From Bacteroidales bacterium (GTDB lineage Bacteria; Bacteroidota; Bacteroidia; Bacteroidales; UBA1715), in assembly GCA_031286165.1 (NCBI GenBank), contig JAITUU010000005.1, positions 20,669-84,668 of the forward strand: DNA of 64,000 nucleotides, in the 5' to 3' direction. The position numbers and the translations under genes were made by a program. Positions 1 to 8,369 of this stretch are shown here, one piece after another (within the stretch, counting starts at the first letter, position 1; every line of letters starts with the position of its first letter). A model generated the notes under the pieces. The model was not told the DNA's origin, did not search any database, and worked only from the letters and a program-made list of their open reading frames with translations.

Positions 1-853
1 GTGCGCCATTTTTGAATAAAAGTTCCGGATTTTTCACACTCACTTTGGTTTTATCGGGTACTGATTTGGTAATAAAGGTATTACTTCCTATCACTACTCC
101 TTCGCCTATCACCGTTTCGCCACCAAGAATAGACACTCCGGAATAAATGGTGACATAATCATGAATGGTTGGGTGGCGTTTTTCTCCTTTCAATTTTTGT
201 CCGCCGCGCGTGGAAAGTGCGCCAAGCGTTACGCCCTGATAAATTTTTACGTGTTCGCCTATCACGGTAGTTTCGCCAATTACTACGCCCGTACCGTGGT
301 CTATGAAAAAATATTTGCCAATAGTTGCGCCGGGGTGAATGTCTATGCCGGTAATGCTGTGCGCATATTCGGTAATCATGCGCGGAATTACCGCCACATT
401 GAGTAGATATAGTTCGTGGGCTATGCGTTGCAGCGTGAGCGCGTACAATCCGGGATAGGATAGTACAATTTCCGATTTGCTATACGCCGCAGGGTCGCCT
501 TCGTAGGCTGCATCAATATCGGTAAAGAGTAATTCGCGCACGCGAGGAAGTTGCGATATGAAACCCTGCACAATGTCCGCAGAATTGCGCTGCTCCGTAG
601 TTTCTCCCTGTTCGTGTTGCTCCGCTCTGTCTATAAAATCTATTTGTTTTTGCAAACTAATTGCTATTTCGGTAAGCGTAACTTGCAAATATTCATTCAA
701 ATATTTTTCGGTATATTTTGGTTTAAAATATTCCGGAAGCAGCACACGCAACAGTTTATCGGTCAATTCTTTAACATCTTGTTTATTGGGTTGTTCGTAG
801 TGTACGCCAAAATCGTAACTGCCGAGAATAGCATCTACTGTTTGCTGTATCAT
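1..853 (-). CDS. cysE: serine O-acetyltransferase, C-terminal end cut by window edge
   Basis: Not in the ORF track because there is no stop in the window. My minus-strand translation from ATG 853 reads MIQQTVDAILGSYDF...GIDIHPGATIGKYFFIDHGTGVVIGETTVIGEHVKIYQGVTLG...TIYSGVSILGGETVIGEGVVIGSN, which are the hexapeptide-repeat beta-helix motifs of CysE. It starts 4 nt after the tusA-like stop. Confidence 0.85.
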   Translation of the reverse strand, partial: MIQQTVDAILGSYDFGVHYEQPNKQDVKELTDKLLRVLLPEYFKPKYTEKYLNEYLQVTLTEIAISLQKQIDFIDRAEQHEQGETTEQRNSADIVQGFISQLPRVRELLFTDIDAAYEGDPAAYSKSEIVLSYPGLYALTLQRIAHELYLLNVAVIPRMITEYAHSITGIDIHPGATIGKYFFIDHGTGVVIGETTVIGEHVKIYQGVTLGALSTRGGQKLKGEKRHPTIHDYVTIYSGVSILGGETVIGEGVVIGSNTFITKSVPDKTKVSVKNPELLFKNGA

Positions 854-857
854 CTGT

Positions 858-1082
858 CTATTTTTTTATCTCCACCGTGTAAATTCCGGGTGTTTCGGTT
901 TCTGTGGTAGAAAGCACCTCAAATCCTTGCTCGGTTGCTGTGCGCGGCACATTTTCGAGCGGTTCGCCATCGGTAAGTTTCACTTCTAAAATATCGCCCT
1001 CGCTCAATTTACTGAGTGCAATTTTCACTTTCACAAAAGTCATGGGGCAGTGTTCTTTGGTTACGTCTAATGTATGTATCAT
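858..1082 (-). CDS. TusA/SirA-like sulfurtransferase (74 aa)
   Basis: The internal ATG at 1082 of track ORF 858..1256 gives MIHTLDVTKEHCPMTFVKVKIALSKL..., with the conserved Cys-Pro of the TusA family. The longer N-terminal extension overlaps the upstream gene. Confidence 0.75.
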   Translation of the reverse strand: MIHTLDVTKEHCPMTFVKVKIALSKLSEGDILEVKLTDGEPLENVPRTATEQGFEVLSTTETETPGIYTVEIKK

Positions 1083-1132
1083 AATAATAGGTTTTAAGAT
1101 TGTAAAAATACACTTTTTTTCGTTACATACAC

Positions 1133-1636
1133 CTATATAAAGAGCGTTTGTCCGTCTTCGGAAAGTTTGAGAAAGGAGGCAACGCCGAGCACGTCTTTCA
1201 CGTGAGGAAGAAAATCGGTTTTTTGCAAGCCAAGTACCACCATAGCCATTTCGCAAGCGTAAAAATTCACATCGAGTGCAACTGCGGCATCTACCAATTC
1301 TTCGAGCGTTGCTACGTTATTTTTGCGCATCAAATAGCGGAAAATTTTAGGACTTAATCCCAAAAAATTCAAGCGGCTCACAGGTGCCGATTTTAGTCCA
1401 CCCATAAACACACCGAATACTTTGGGTAAAAATCCCTTACCCACCGGCGAACGTCCGAGTTTACGTTTAATGGCATCTAAGCCCCAGAAAGTAAAAAATA
1501 TATTCACTTCGTAGCCCACAGCCGCTGCACCGGTAGCAAGCGTAAATACTGCGGTAAGTTTATCGAAATCGCCACTGAATGCAATGATTGACAGTTTCTT
1601 TTTCGTAGGGTCGAGTTGCGGAATTGCGTGTGTCAT
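1133..1636 (-). CDS. DsrE/DsrF-like sulfur-relay family protein
   Basis: MTHAIPQLDPTKKKLSIIAFSGDFDKLTAVFTLATGAAAVGYEVNIFFTFWGL... This family is typically paired with TusA. I moved the start to ATG 1636 because the track TTG start (1672) lies inside the -7 promoter box. Confidence 0.7.
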   Translation of the reverse strand: MTHAIPQLDPTKKKLSIIAFSGDFDKLTAVFTLATGAAAVGYEVNIFFTFWGLDAIKRKLGRSPVGKGFLPKVFGVFMGGLKSAPVSRLNFLGLSPKIFRYLMRKNNVATLEELVDAAVALDVNFYACEMAMVVLGLQKTDFLPHVKDVLGVASFLKLSEDGQTLFI

Positions 1637-1669
1637 AATTTTATTTCTTTTTTTTAGTTTTGTATAGTG

Positions 1670-1677
1670 CAAATATA
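1670..1677 (-). promoter_or_regulatory. -7 box TAnnTTTG
   Basis: The minus strand reads tatatttg, 33 nt upstream of ATG 1636. Confidence 0.55.
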
Positions 1678-1698
1678 CACACTATTTCGCACTGCGAC

Positions 1699-1718
1699 AA
1701 TACCCTTTATACGGTATT
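1699..1718. promoter_or_regulatory. dyad operator AATACC-N8-GGTATT upstream of the dsrE/tusA/cysE operon
   Basis: Perfect 6-bp inverted arms. It lies exactly 21 nt from the -7 box at 1670..1677, the same geometry as the site at 54429..54448. Confidence 0.6.
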
Positions 1719-1982
1719 TTATTATTGTGCCAATTAATCAAAGCATCAACATATCATGATTAATTACAGTAATTATTATGCCAACAATCACACACTAATA
1801 GCAAAGGTAATACATTTATATTCGTATTTTTGGCATCCTATTGTGAAAAAGAGCAAAATTAATTTGAGGAACGAGAGTTGGGCAAAAGCAGTTGAGTGGG
1901 CTTTAACAAATGATGAATATCATAAATTGGGAACCAAGTACAATAATTTAGATGCAAAAAATTACAATTATGAAACAGATAT

Positions 1983-2399
1983 TTGATTTTTTTTTTTTGC
2001 ATATTGTTTTTATATTCTTGCACAGACCCGTATTCTACTACATATTTTACATTTGCCAACACATCTGATTATACCATAACGTTGGAAGTACCAAATTTTA
2101 AAGGAACGAATAGAGACAGCACGTTATCAATAAATGTTGGTGCAAAAGTTAGTTATGATATAACACAAGAATTTGTGTCAGAACCGTTTGAAGATTCACC
2201 ATATATTATTGTTCATTTTCTTGATAATCTTTCTATTACATATTACAGAGATTCATCTTCTTCGTATAATCCACTAAGAATAGAAAATTATTCGGGAGGA
2301 CTAACAAAGAAGAAACGAGATAGAAAAGGTTTTAATAGTTATAATTATACCTATACTTTTACCAATGCAGATTTTGAAAATGCACAAACAAGTCAATAG
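1983..2399 (+). CDS. hypothetical lipoprotein (start ambiguous; see T12 tract)
   Basis: The TTG-start ORF reads MIFFFCILFLYSCTD..., a lipobox-like LYSC. It lies in AT-rich DNA and is followed by a hairpin terminator. One T fewer in the T12 run would give an ATG-1970 start reading MKQIFDFFFCILFLYSC. Confidence 0.5.
   Translation: MIFFFCILFLYSCTDPYSTTYFTFANTSDYTITLEVPNFKGTNRDSTLSINVGAKVSYDITQEFVSEPFEDSPYIIVHFLDNLSITYYRDSSSSYNPLRIENYSGGLTKKKRDRKGFNSYNYTYTFTNADFENAQTSQ
1987..1998 (+). repeat. T12 homopolymer inside the 5' end of the lipoprotein gene
   Basis: Counted directly: t1987 to t1998. Confidence 0.9.
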
Positions 2400-2420
2400 A
2401 TGGTTGATTACATTTATAAA

Positions 2421-2448
2421 AAGGCGAAACTAAAAATTTCGCCTTTTT
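2421..2448 (+). terminator. rho-independent terminator
   Basis: aaggcgaaa (2421-2429) pairs perfectly with tttcgcctt (2437-2445) and is followed by a T run. Confidence 0.75.
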
Positions 2449-2470
2449 CTTTTTCCATTTTTTTCTTTTA

Positions 2471-2571
2471 AATAATTTTCAACTTTCAATTAACTTCGTT
2501 GAACAAATGTTTCTCAATTCTCAATTAATTTGTATTTTTGTTCGGTTATTCAATCATTCAATTACTCAAAA
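2471..2571 (+). repeat. promoter/leader module, copy A (upstream of the fumarase gene)
   Basis: Matches the reverse complement of 30841..30920. The first 19 nt are identical, then 59 nt align with 3 mismatches. Copy A carries an extra ~23-nt insert. Both copies end ~12 nt before an ATG. Confidence 0.85.
2533..2540 (+). promoter_or_regulatory. Bacteroidetes-type -7 box TAnnTTTG
   Basis: tatttttg, 42 nt upstream of ATG 2583. Confidence 0.6.
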
Positions 2572-2582
2572 TTACAATAATT

Positions 2583-4181
2583 ATGGCAGATTTTTCATTC
2601 AAAAAAATGTTCCCCACAGGCGAAGATAAAACCAAATATCGCTTACTCACAAACGATTACGTTTCCACTATCAATGCAGGCGGACGCACAATTTTAAAAA
2701 TAGACCCCAAAGGGCTTGAACTTTTGGCGCAAGAGGCTATTGCCGATGTGTCGTTTTACTTGCGAGCCGAGCATTTACAAAGCCTTGCCGATATTTTGAA
2801 AGACCCCGAATCTTCGGACAACGATAAATTTGTAGCCGACACCATGTTGCGCAATCAAGTAGTGGCTGCCGAAGGCGAATTGCCCACCTGTCAAGATACC
2901 GGAACGGCTATTGTGATAGGTAAAAAAGGTGAGGCTGTGTGGACAGAATCAAACGATGAGGAATCGCTCTCGAAAGGAATTTTCAATACCTACCAAGAGA
3001 AAAATTTGCGCTACTCGCAAGTAGTGGCTACTTCTATGTTCGACGAAAAAAATTCCGGCACCAATATGCCTGCGCAAATAGATATAATGAGCACTTACGG
3101 CAGTGAATACGAATTTATATTTATAACCAAAGGCGGCGGTTCGGCAAATAAAACCTACTTATATCAAGAAACAAAATCGGTGCTCAACGAAGAATCGTTT
3201 ATGAAATTTATGCGCACCAAATTGAAAGATTTAGGTACTTCGGCGTGTCCGCCCTACCATATTGCTATTGTTGTGGGTGGTCAGGTAGATACCAATTTAA
3301 AAACCGTGAAACTTGCATCGGCAAAATACTACGACAATTTACCCACCACTGGTAATGGCGGCGGAGCATTTCGCGATGTGGAATGGGAAGCAAAAATCAA
3401 AAAAATAGCCGAAGAAATAGGTATGGGAGCACAATTTGGCGGCAAAGCCTACGCCCACGATATTCGCGTAATTCGCCTGCCTCGCCACGCGGCATCGTGC
3501 CCTATTGGAATGGGCGTGAGTTGCAGTGCCGACCGCAATATAAAAGCAAAAATTACCGCCGATGGTATCTTCTTGGAAGAATTAGAAAAAAATCCGGCGC
3601 GTTTCCTTCCCGAAGCGGCAATAGAATTGGCTCCTGCGGTGGATATTGACTTAGACCAAGCAATGGAAGATGTACTCAAAATTCTTACCAAATATCCGAT
3701 TAAAACACGATTGAATTTGAACGGAACCCTCATAGTAGCCCGTGATATTGCTCACGCACAATTCAAAAAAATGATAGACGAAGGCAAACCACTACCCGAA
3801 TACTTAAAAAAACACCCGGTATATTACGCAGGACCTGCAAAAACGCCAAAAGGTATGGCATCGGGAAGTTTTGGACCTACCACTGCCGGACGTATGGATA
3901 GTTACGTGGATTTATTGCAAAGTTTGGGTGGTTCGCTCATTATGGTGGCAAAAGGAAACCGCTCGGCACAAGTACGCGAGGCGTGCAAAAAACACGGCGG
4001 TTTTTACTTAGGTTCCATAGGCGGACCGGCAGCAATTCTTGCCAAAGACAGCATAAAATCGAGTGAAGTAATAGATTTTGAAGAACTCGGAATGGAAGCC
4101 GTGCGCAAAATTCGCGTAGAAAATTTCCCAGCCTTCATTATTTGCGATGACAAAGGCAACGATTTCTTTTTGCAATTCTAA
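2583..4181 (+). CDS. fumB: class I (Fe-S dependent) fumarate hydratase
   Basis: [10 protein letters not shown]...[14 protein letters not shown]...[11 protein letters not shown]...[11 protein letters not shown]...; a fused alpha/beta class I fumarase about 530 aa long. I moved the start to ATG 2583, downstream of the -7 box. Confidence 0.9.
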   Translation: MADFSFKKMFPTGEDKTKYRLLTNDYVSTINAGGRTILKIDPKGLELLAQEAIADVSFYLRAEHLQSLADILKDPESSDNDKFVADTMLRNQVVAAEGELPTCQDTGTAIVIGKKGEAVWTESNDEESLSKGIFNTYQEKNLRYSQVVATSMFDEKNSGTNMPAQIDIMSTYGSEYEFIFITKGGGSANKTYLYQETKSVLNEESFMKFMRTKLKDLGTSACPPYHIAIVVGGQVDTNLKTVKLASAKYYDNLPTTGNGGGAFRDVEWEAKIKKIAEEIGMGAQFGGKAYAHDIRVIRLPRHAASCPIGMGVSCSADRNIKAKITADGIFLEELEKNPARFLPEAAIELAPAVDIDLDQAMEDVLKILTKYPIKTRLNLNGTLIVARDIAHAQFKKMIDEGKPLPEYLKKHPVYYAGPAKTPKGMASGSFGPTTAGRMDSYVDLLQSLGGSLIMVAKGNRSAQVREACKKHGGFYLGSIGGPAAILAKDSIKSSEVIDFEELGMEAVRKIRVENFPAFIICDDKGNDFFLQF

Positions 4182-4225
4182 ATTTAAGTACAGAGTATTG
4201 AGATTCGAGTAATGAGTATTTTTAT

Positions 4226-4263
4226 ACTCACTACTCACTACTCACTACTCACTACTCACTACT
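4226..4263 (+). repeat. tandem heptamer ACTCACT x5.4
   Basis: Counted directly. It lies between the fumarase stop and ATG 4267. It is preceded by gagtaatgagta, which can pair with tactcactactc. Confidence 0.95.
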
Positions 4264-4266
4264 TCT

Positions 4267-4896
4267 ATGCCGCAATCGCTTTTCAATTTTTCACAACCAC
4301 AACCGCCCAAAATTGCAGAAAGACTATTTTTTCGCGTTGTGTGGCGTTTGCCGCGTGCAAAAAAAACAGTGTATCTAACCTTCGATGACGGTCCGGTGCC
4401 GCACTATACCGAATTTGTGCTCGATATATTGAAACAATATGCCGTAAAAGCCACATTTTTCTGCGTGGGCGAAAATATTGAAAAACACCCGGAAATTTTC
4501 AAACTATTGAAAGAACAAGGGCATCGTGTGGGCACGCATACCTATAATCACCTAAAAAGTTGGCGCACAAATTTCTTCCGCTATATTACCAATGTAAAAA
4601 AAGCGGCAGATTTAGCGCAATCGAAACTTTTTCGTCCGCCCCACGGACAAATTACCCCGTGGGCGGCTTTTCTTATTTCGCTGCGCTATCGAGTTATTAT
4701 GTGGGACGTGCTCAGTAAAGATTACGACACACGCATTTCCGCCGAAGAATGTTTTGAAAACGTAAAAAACTACGTGCGCAACGGGTCTATTATTGTGTTT
4801 CACGATTCACAAAAAGCCAACAACAATCTTCGCGATGTGCTGCCCAAGGTTATTGATTATTTGAAATCAGAAGGCTATGAATTTGCAACAATATAA
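4267..4896 (+). CDS. polysaccharide deacetylase (NodB-homology domain)
   Basis: VYLTFDDGP...ATFFCVGENIEKHPE...GHRVGTHTYNH; these are the NodB catalytic motifs. Confidence 0.85.
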   Translation: MPQSLFNFSQPQPPKIAERLFFRVVWRLPRAKKTVYLTFDDGPVPHYTEFVLDILKQYAVKATFFCVGENIEKHPEIFKLLKEQGHRVGTHTYNHLKSWRTNFFRYITNVKKAADLAQSKLFRPPHGQITPWAAFLISLRYRVIMWDVLSKDYDTRISAEECFENVKNYVRNGSIIVFHDSQKANNNLRDVLPKVIDYLKSEGYEFATI

Positions 4897-6193
4897 CCCC
4901 CCAAAATCTCCCACAGAGGGGCTTGCAGAAACACATTCTCCTCCCCTTGCAGGGAAACCGGGAGGGATTTCTCTTTCCATTGTCATAGTATCTTACAACG
5001 TACAATATTTTTTACTGCACTGCCTTCATTCCATTCGCGGTGCGGCAAGCGATATTGCGCTCGAAATTTTTGTAGTCGATAATTCTTCTATTGACGGCAC
5101 CTGCGAAGCGGTAATACAACAATTTCCCGAAGTGCAATTAATTCAAAACACTGAAAATGTGGGATTTGCAAAAGCCTGCAACCAAGCAATTCATCAAGCG
5201 CAGGGCGCGTATATTCTCTTGCTCAATCCCGATACCATGCTCAGCGAAGATTCGCTGAAACTTCCGCTTGCCTACATGGAAGCACACGAAAAATGCGGTG
5301 CACTTGGGGTGAAAATGCTCGATGGTTCGGGAAATTTTCTACCCGAATCGAAACGCGGACTGCCTACCTACGGCGTGGCACTGTGTAAACTGCTCGGTTT
5401 GCAAAAACTCTTTCCCCACGCATCGTGGGCAAACCGCTACTACGCATCGCATATACACGAAAACGAAACGGCTGCGGTAGAAGTACTTTCGGGCGCGTAT
5501 TTTTTAGTTCGCGCCGAACTTTTGCAGCAAGTAGGATTGCTCAACGAAGCCTATTTTATGTACGGCGAAGATATAGACCTGTCGTACAAAATTACCCAAG
5601 CGGGTTTTGAGAATGTGTATTTTCCCGAAACTTCGATTATTCACTACAAAGGCGAGTGCACGCCCAATCGCAGTATGCGCAGCGTGTATAATTTCTACAA
5701 GGCTATGCTGATTTTTGTGCAAACGGATTTAAAGGTTTCCAAAATCTTCGTTCCCTTTTTGTGGATTGCGCTCTTTGTGAGCGTGGCGGCAGCGTGGTGC
5801 AAGCGCAACGTGTTCGCGCTGGCGCGGAAAGTGAAACCCAAGCACAGAGTGCTCATAGTAGGCAGCGGCTACGAACCGCAGCGGGTGGAAAAATTCCTGC
5901 GGGCAAGTAATTTTATAGGCGAAATAGCCGGCTACATTTCACTCACCGAAGAATTCCCCAACACACTTAATTATATAGGTACGCGCCGCGAACTACCTCA
6001 TCTGATTCAAATTAGCGGTATCACCGAAATTATTTTTTGCATAGACTCCATGTCGGTAAGCGAAGTGATTGCCATTATTCACGAATGTGCGCTTTTCAAA
6101 ATTTCCTTCAAAATAGCCGACCCACACAGCCGCTCAGTGGTAGGCAGTACCTCGCCGCAGCGCAAAGGAGAATTGTATGAAATTCGGAAGTAG
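4877..6193 (+). CDS. family 2 glycosyltransferase with C-terminal membrane/extra domain
   Basis: LSIVIVSYNVQYFL...FVVDNSSIDGT...NVGFAKACN...LLLNPDT...YGEDIDLSYK. It overlaps the upstream gene by 20 nt. The N-terminal ~30 codons lie over REP-like sequence. Confidence 0.8.
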   Translation: MNLQQYNPPKSPTEGLAETHSPPLAGKPGGISLSIVIVSYNVQYFLLHCLHSIRGAASDIALEIFVVDNSSIDGTCEAVIQQFPEVQLIQNTENVGFAKACNQAIHQAQGAYILLLNPDTMLSEDSLKLPLAYMEAHEKCGALGVKMLDGSGNFLPESKRGLPTYGVALCKLLGLQKLFPHASWANRYYASHIHENETAAVEVLSGAYFLVRAELLQQVGLLNEAYFMYGEDIDLSYKITQAGFENVYFPETSIIHYKGECTPNRSMRSVYNFYKAMLIFVQTDLKVSKIFVPFLWIALFVSVAAAWCKRNVFALARKVKPKHRVLIVGSGYEPQRVEKFLRASNFIGEIAGYISLTEEFPNTLNYIGTRRELPHLIQISGITEIIFCIDSMSVSEVIAIIHECALFKISFKIADPHSRSVVGSTSPQRKGELYEIRK

Positions 6194-6281
6194 GTGTTAT
6201 ATCTCAACTCTCAGTTCTCCACTAATATACATACTATTTGTGTCCTGAATTGCGTTATAGAGGAAATGTTACAAATTTTAA

Positions 6282-6289
6282 TATCTTTG
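6282..6289 (+). promoter_or_regulatory. -7 box TAnnTTTG
   Basis: tatctttg, 26 nt upstream of the GTG start at 6316. Confidence 0.55.
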
Positions 6290-6315
6290 CAAGCCCTTAA
6301 AAACAATCAAACATC

Positions 6316-8331
6316 GTGAAATTCTTACAAAAACCATATTTATTCGTGTGTGCAGCAGTGCTTTTGGCTACTGCCTGTGCTTCGCAGGCAAAACTCACTC
6401 GCAAAGCCGAAATGGTATATGAAGCGGGTGAATACGCCAAAGCAGCCGATTTGTTTGAAAAATTGCTCGAAGGCGAAGAATCGAAAGTCAATCAAGCACA
6501 ATACAATTTTCAGTTGGCTGAGTGCTATCGCCATTTGAACAATTCACGCAAAGCAGAAGCCGCATACCGCAAGGCTATTCGTCTAAAAACCAGAGAAAAA
6601 GAAGCCTACTATTGGGCAGGCTATATGGCTTTGAAAAACGAAAAATACAAAGAGGCACTCGAAGCATACAAAGCATTTCAAAAAGCAATTCCCAAAGATA
6701 TTCGCTCAAAAATAGGCATAGAATCGGTGGCGGCAGCGCAGGAATGGAAGGAAAATCCCACGCGCTACATTGTAGAAAATGTGAAAGCAATCAATTCACA
6801 CGAAAGCGATTTTGCGCCGGCATATATGAGTGCAGATTTTCTGTCGATTTATTTTACTTCGGCACGCGCCGAAGAAGACGAAAAACAAAGTGTAAATCAG
6901 GTGTCGGGAATGTACACCACCCAACTCTACGAGGCTCGCATAGACCGCAAAGGCGTGTGGAATAAACCGGTAAAATTGATAGATACCACGCTCAATACAC
7001 CTTTCGACAACGGCGCACTCGCTGCCTCGCCCGATGGCACTACCATATATTACACTATTTGTAAAATGGAACCGGGTAAAAACCTTGGCTGTCAAATTTA
7101 CACAAGTTTGCTACGTGGCGGCGTGTGGACTACTCCGCAACGCATTCCCATAGTAAGCGACAGTATTTCCATAGGACACCCATCAATTTCTGCCGATGGC
7201 TTGGAACTCTATTTTTCTTCGCGCATGAAAGGCGGCATAGGCGGTAGCGATATTTGGAAAATTACCCGCACTTCGGAATCGGCGGCGTGGAGCGCACCCA
7301 TAAATTTAGGACCAGAAATCAATACCGAAAGCGATGAAGATTTTCCCTTCATTCGCGAAGACGGCATTCTGTTTTTCTCTTCGGACGGCAGAGTGGGCAT
7401 GGGCGGATTCGATATTTATCGCGCCACAAAAAACGAAAGCAACAAATGGCAGGTAGTGAATATGCAGTCGCCTATCAATTCTTCGGGCGATGATTTCGGC
7501 ATTATTTTTCAAGGAAGTACCGAAAAAGGGCTATTTACCAGCAACCGTAAAGGCGGTCGCGGTGAAGACGATATTTATTCCTTTGAATTGCCCGAATTGC
7601 AACTTGTGGCAAACGGAAAGTTGCGCGATATGAGCACAAAAAAACCAATAGCCGATGCCGAAATTTTGCTCATAGGCAGCGATGGCAGCCGTCAATCGGT
7701 GCGCAGCAAGCCCGATGGCGCGTATTCTTTTAAACTCAATCAATACGTGGATTATATAGTAATAGGTGCCAATCAAGGCTATTTGCGCAAAAAAATGAGC
7801 GTTTCCACTCGCAATGTGTTCGACAACAAAACCTTCGATGTGGACATAGACCTCATAACTATGGCAAAACCGGTGAAAGTACCGAATATTTTCTACGAAT
7901 CGGGAAAATGGACTTTGAACGAATCGAGTAAAACGGCAGTGGAAGAATTGGGGAAAATGCTCGATGACAATCCGAATATTATAATAGAAATAGGTGCGCA
8001 CACCGACATGATAGGCGACCCCGATGCCAATATGAAACTTTCGGCTCGCCGCGCGCAATCGGTAGTGGATTATTTGCTGCAACAAGGTTACGATGCCGAA
8101 CGAATTGTGGCACAAGGATTTGGCATTAGTCGCCCGGTGGTGGTGAGTGAAGAAATTGCACGCGAAATTCCCGAATTTACCGTAGGAACCGAACTTTCGC
8201 CCGATTATATTATAGGACTTCCGCGCGATTTGCAAGATAAGGCAAACCAAATCAATCGCCGCACGGAATTGAAAATTTTGGCAAGCAACTACATTCCCAA
8301 ACCGGAATATTTTGAAAAACGAAAGAAATAA
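6316..8331 (+). CDS. OmpA-family protein with TPR, PD40/TolB-like repeats and C-terminal OmpA domain
   Basis: Signal peptide MKFLQKPYLFVCAAVLLATACAS; TPR-like N-terminus; repeated PD40-type segments (SPDG..LYF.S.R.GG.GG.DI); C-terminal OmpA motif GHTD..G....N..LS..RA..V..YL. Confidence 0.8.
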   Translation: MKFLQKPYLFVCAAVLLATACASQAKLTRKAEMVYEAGEYAKAADLFEKLLEGEESKVNQAQYNFQLAECYRHLNNSRKAEAAYRKAIRLKTREKEAYYWAGYMALKNEKYKEALEAYKAFQKAIPKDIRSKIGIESVAAAQEWKENPTRYIVENVKAINSHESDFAPAYMSADFLSIYFTSARAEEDEKQSVNQVSGMYTTQLYEARIDRKGVWNKPVKLIDTTLNTPFDNGALAASPDGTTIYYTICKMEPGKNLGCQIYTSLLRGGVWTTPQRIPIVSDSISIGHPSISADGLELYFSSRMKGGIGGSDIWKITRTSESAAWSAPINLGPEINTESDEDFPFIREDGILFFSSDGRVGMGGFDIYRATKNESNKWQVVNMQSPINSSGDDFGIIFQGSTEKGLFTSNRKGGRGEDDIYSFELPELQLVANGKLRDMSTKKPIADAEILLIGSDGSRQSVRSKPDGAYSFKLNQYVDYIVIGANQGYLRKKMSVSTRNVFDNKTFDVDIDLITMAKPVKVPNIFYESGKWTLNESSKTAVEELGKMLDDNPNIIIEIGAHTDMIGDPDANMKLSARRAQSVVDYLLQQGYDAERIVAQGFGISRPVVVSEEIAREIPEFTVGTELSPDYIIGLPRDLQDKANQINRRTELKILASNYIPKPEYFEKRKK

Positions 8332-8336
8332 CTTAT

Positions 8337-8369
8337 AAAAAAAACGAGCACTATGTGTTCGCTTTTTTT
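8337..8369. terminator. bidirectional hairpin terminator
   Basis: cgagcac/gtgttcg stem (one G-U pair) flanked by A8 and T7, between convergent genes. Confidence 0.6.

Noticed and set aside
1637-1672. N-terminal extensions given by the track for several genes (starts at 1672, 11601, 15507, 25999, 46398, 54385, 17554, 27938, 29187 and 57838).
   Set aside because: The extended starts are mostly TTG/GTG codons lying inside or upstream of the TAnnTTTG -7 box, or they add non-homologous residues. An internal ATG with a proper N-terminus exists in each case.
1756-1986. 76-aa ORF in AT-rich DNA upstream of the lipoprotein gene.
   Set aside because: The composition-driven N/Y/K-rich translation has no promoter box or recognisable motif. 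The ORF ends just before the T12 tract. It could be real, but I cannot support it.
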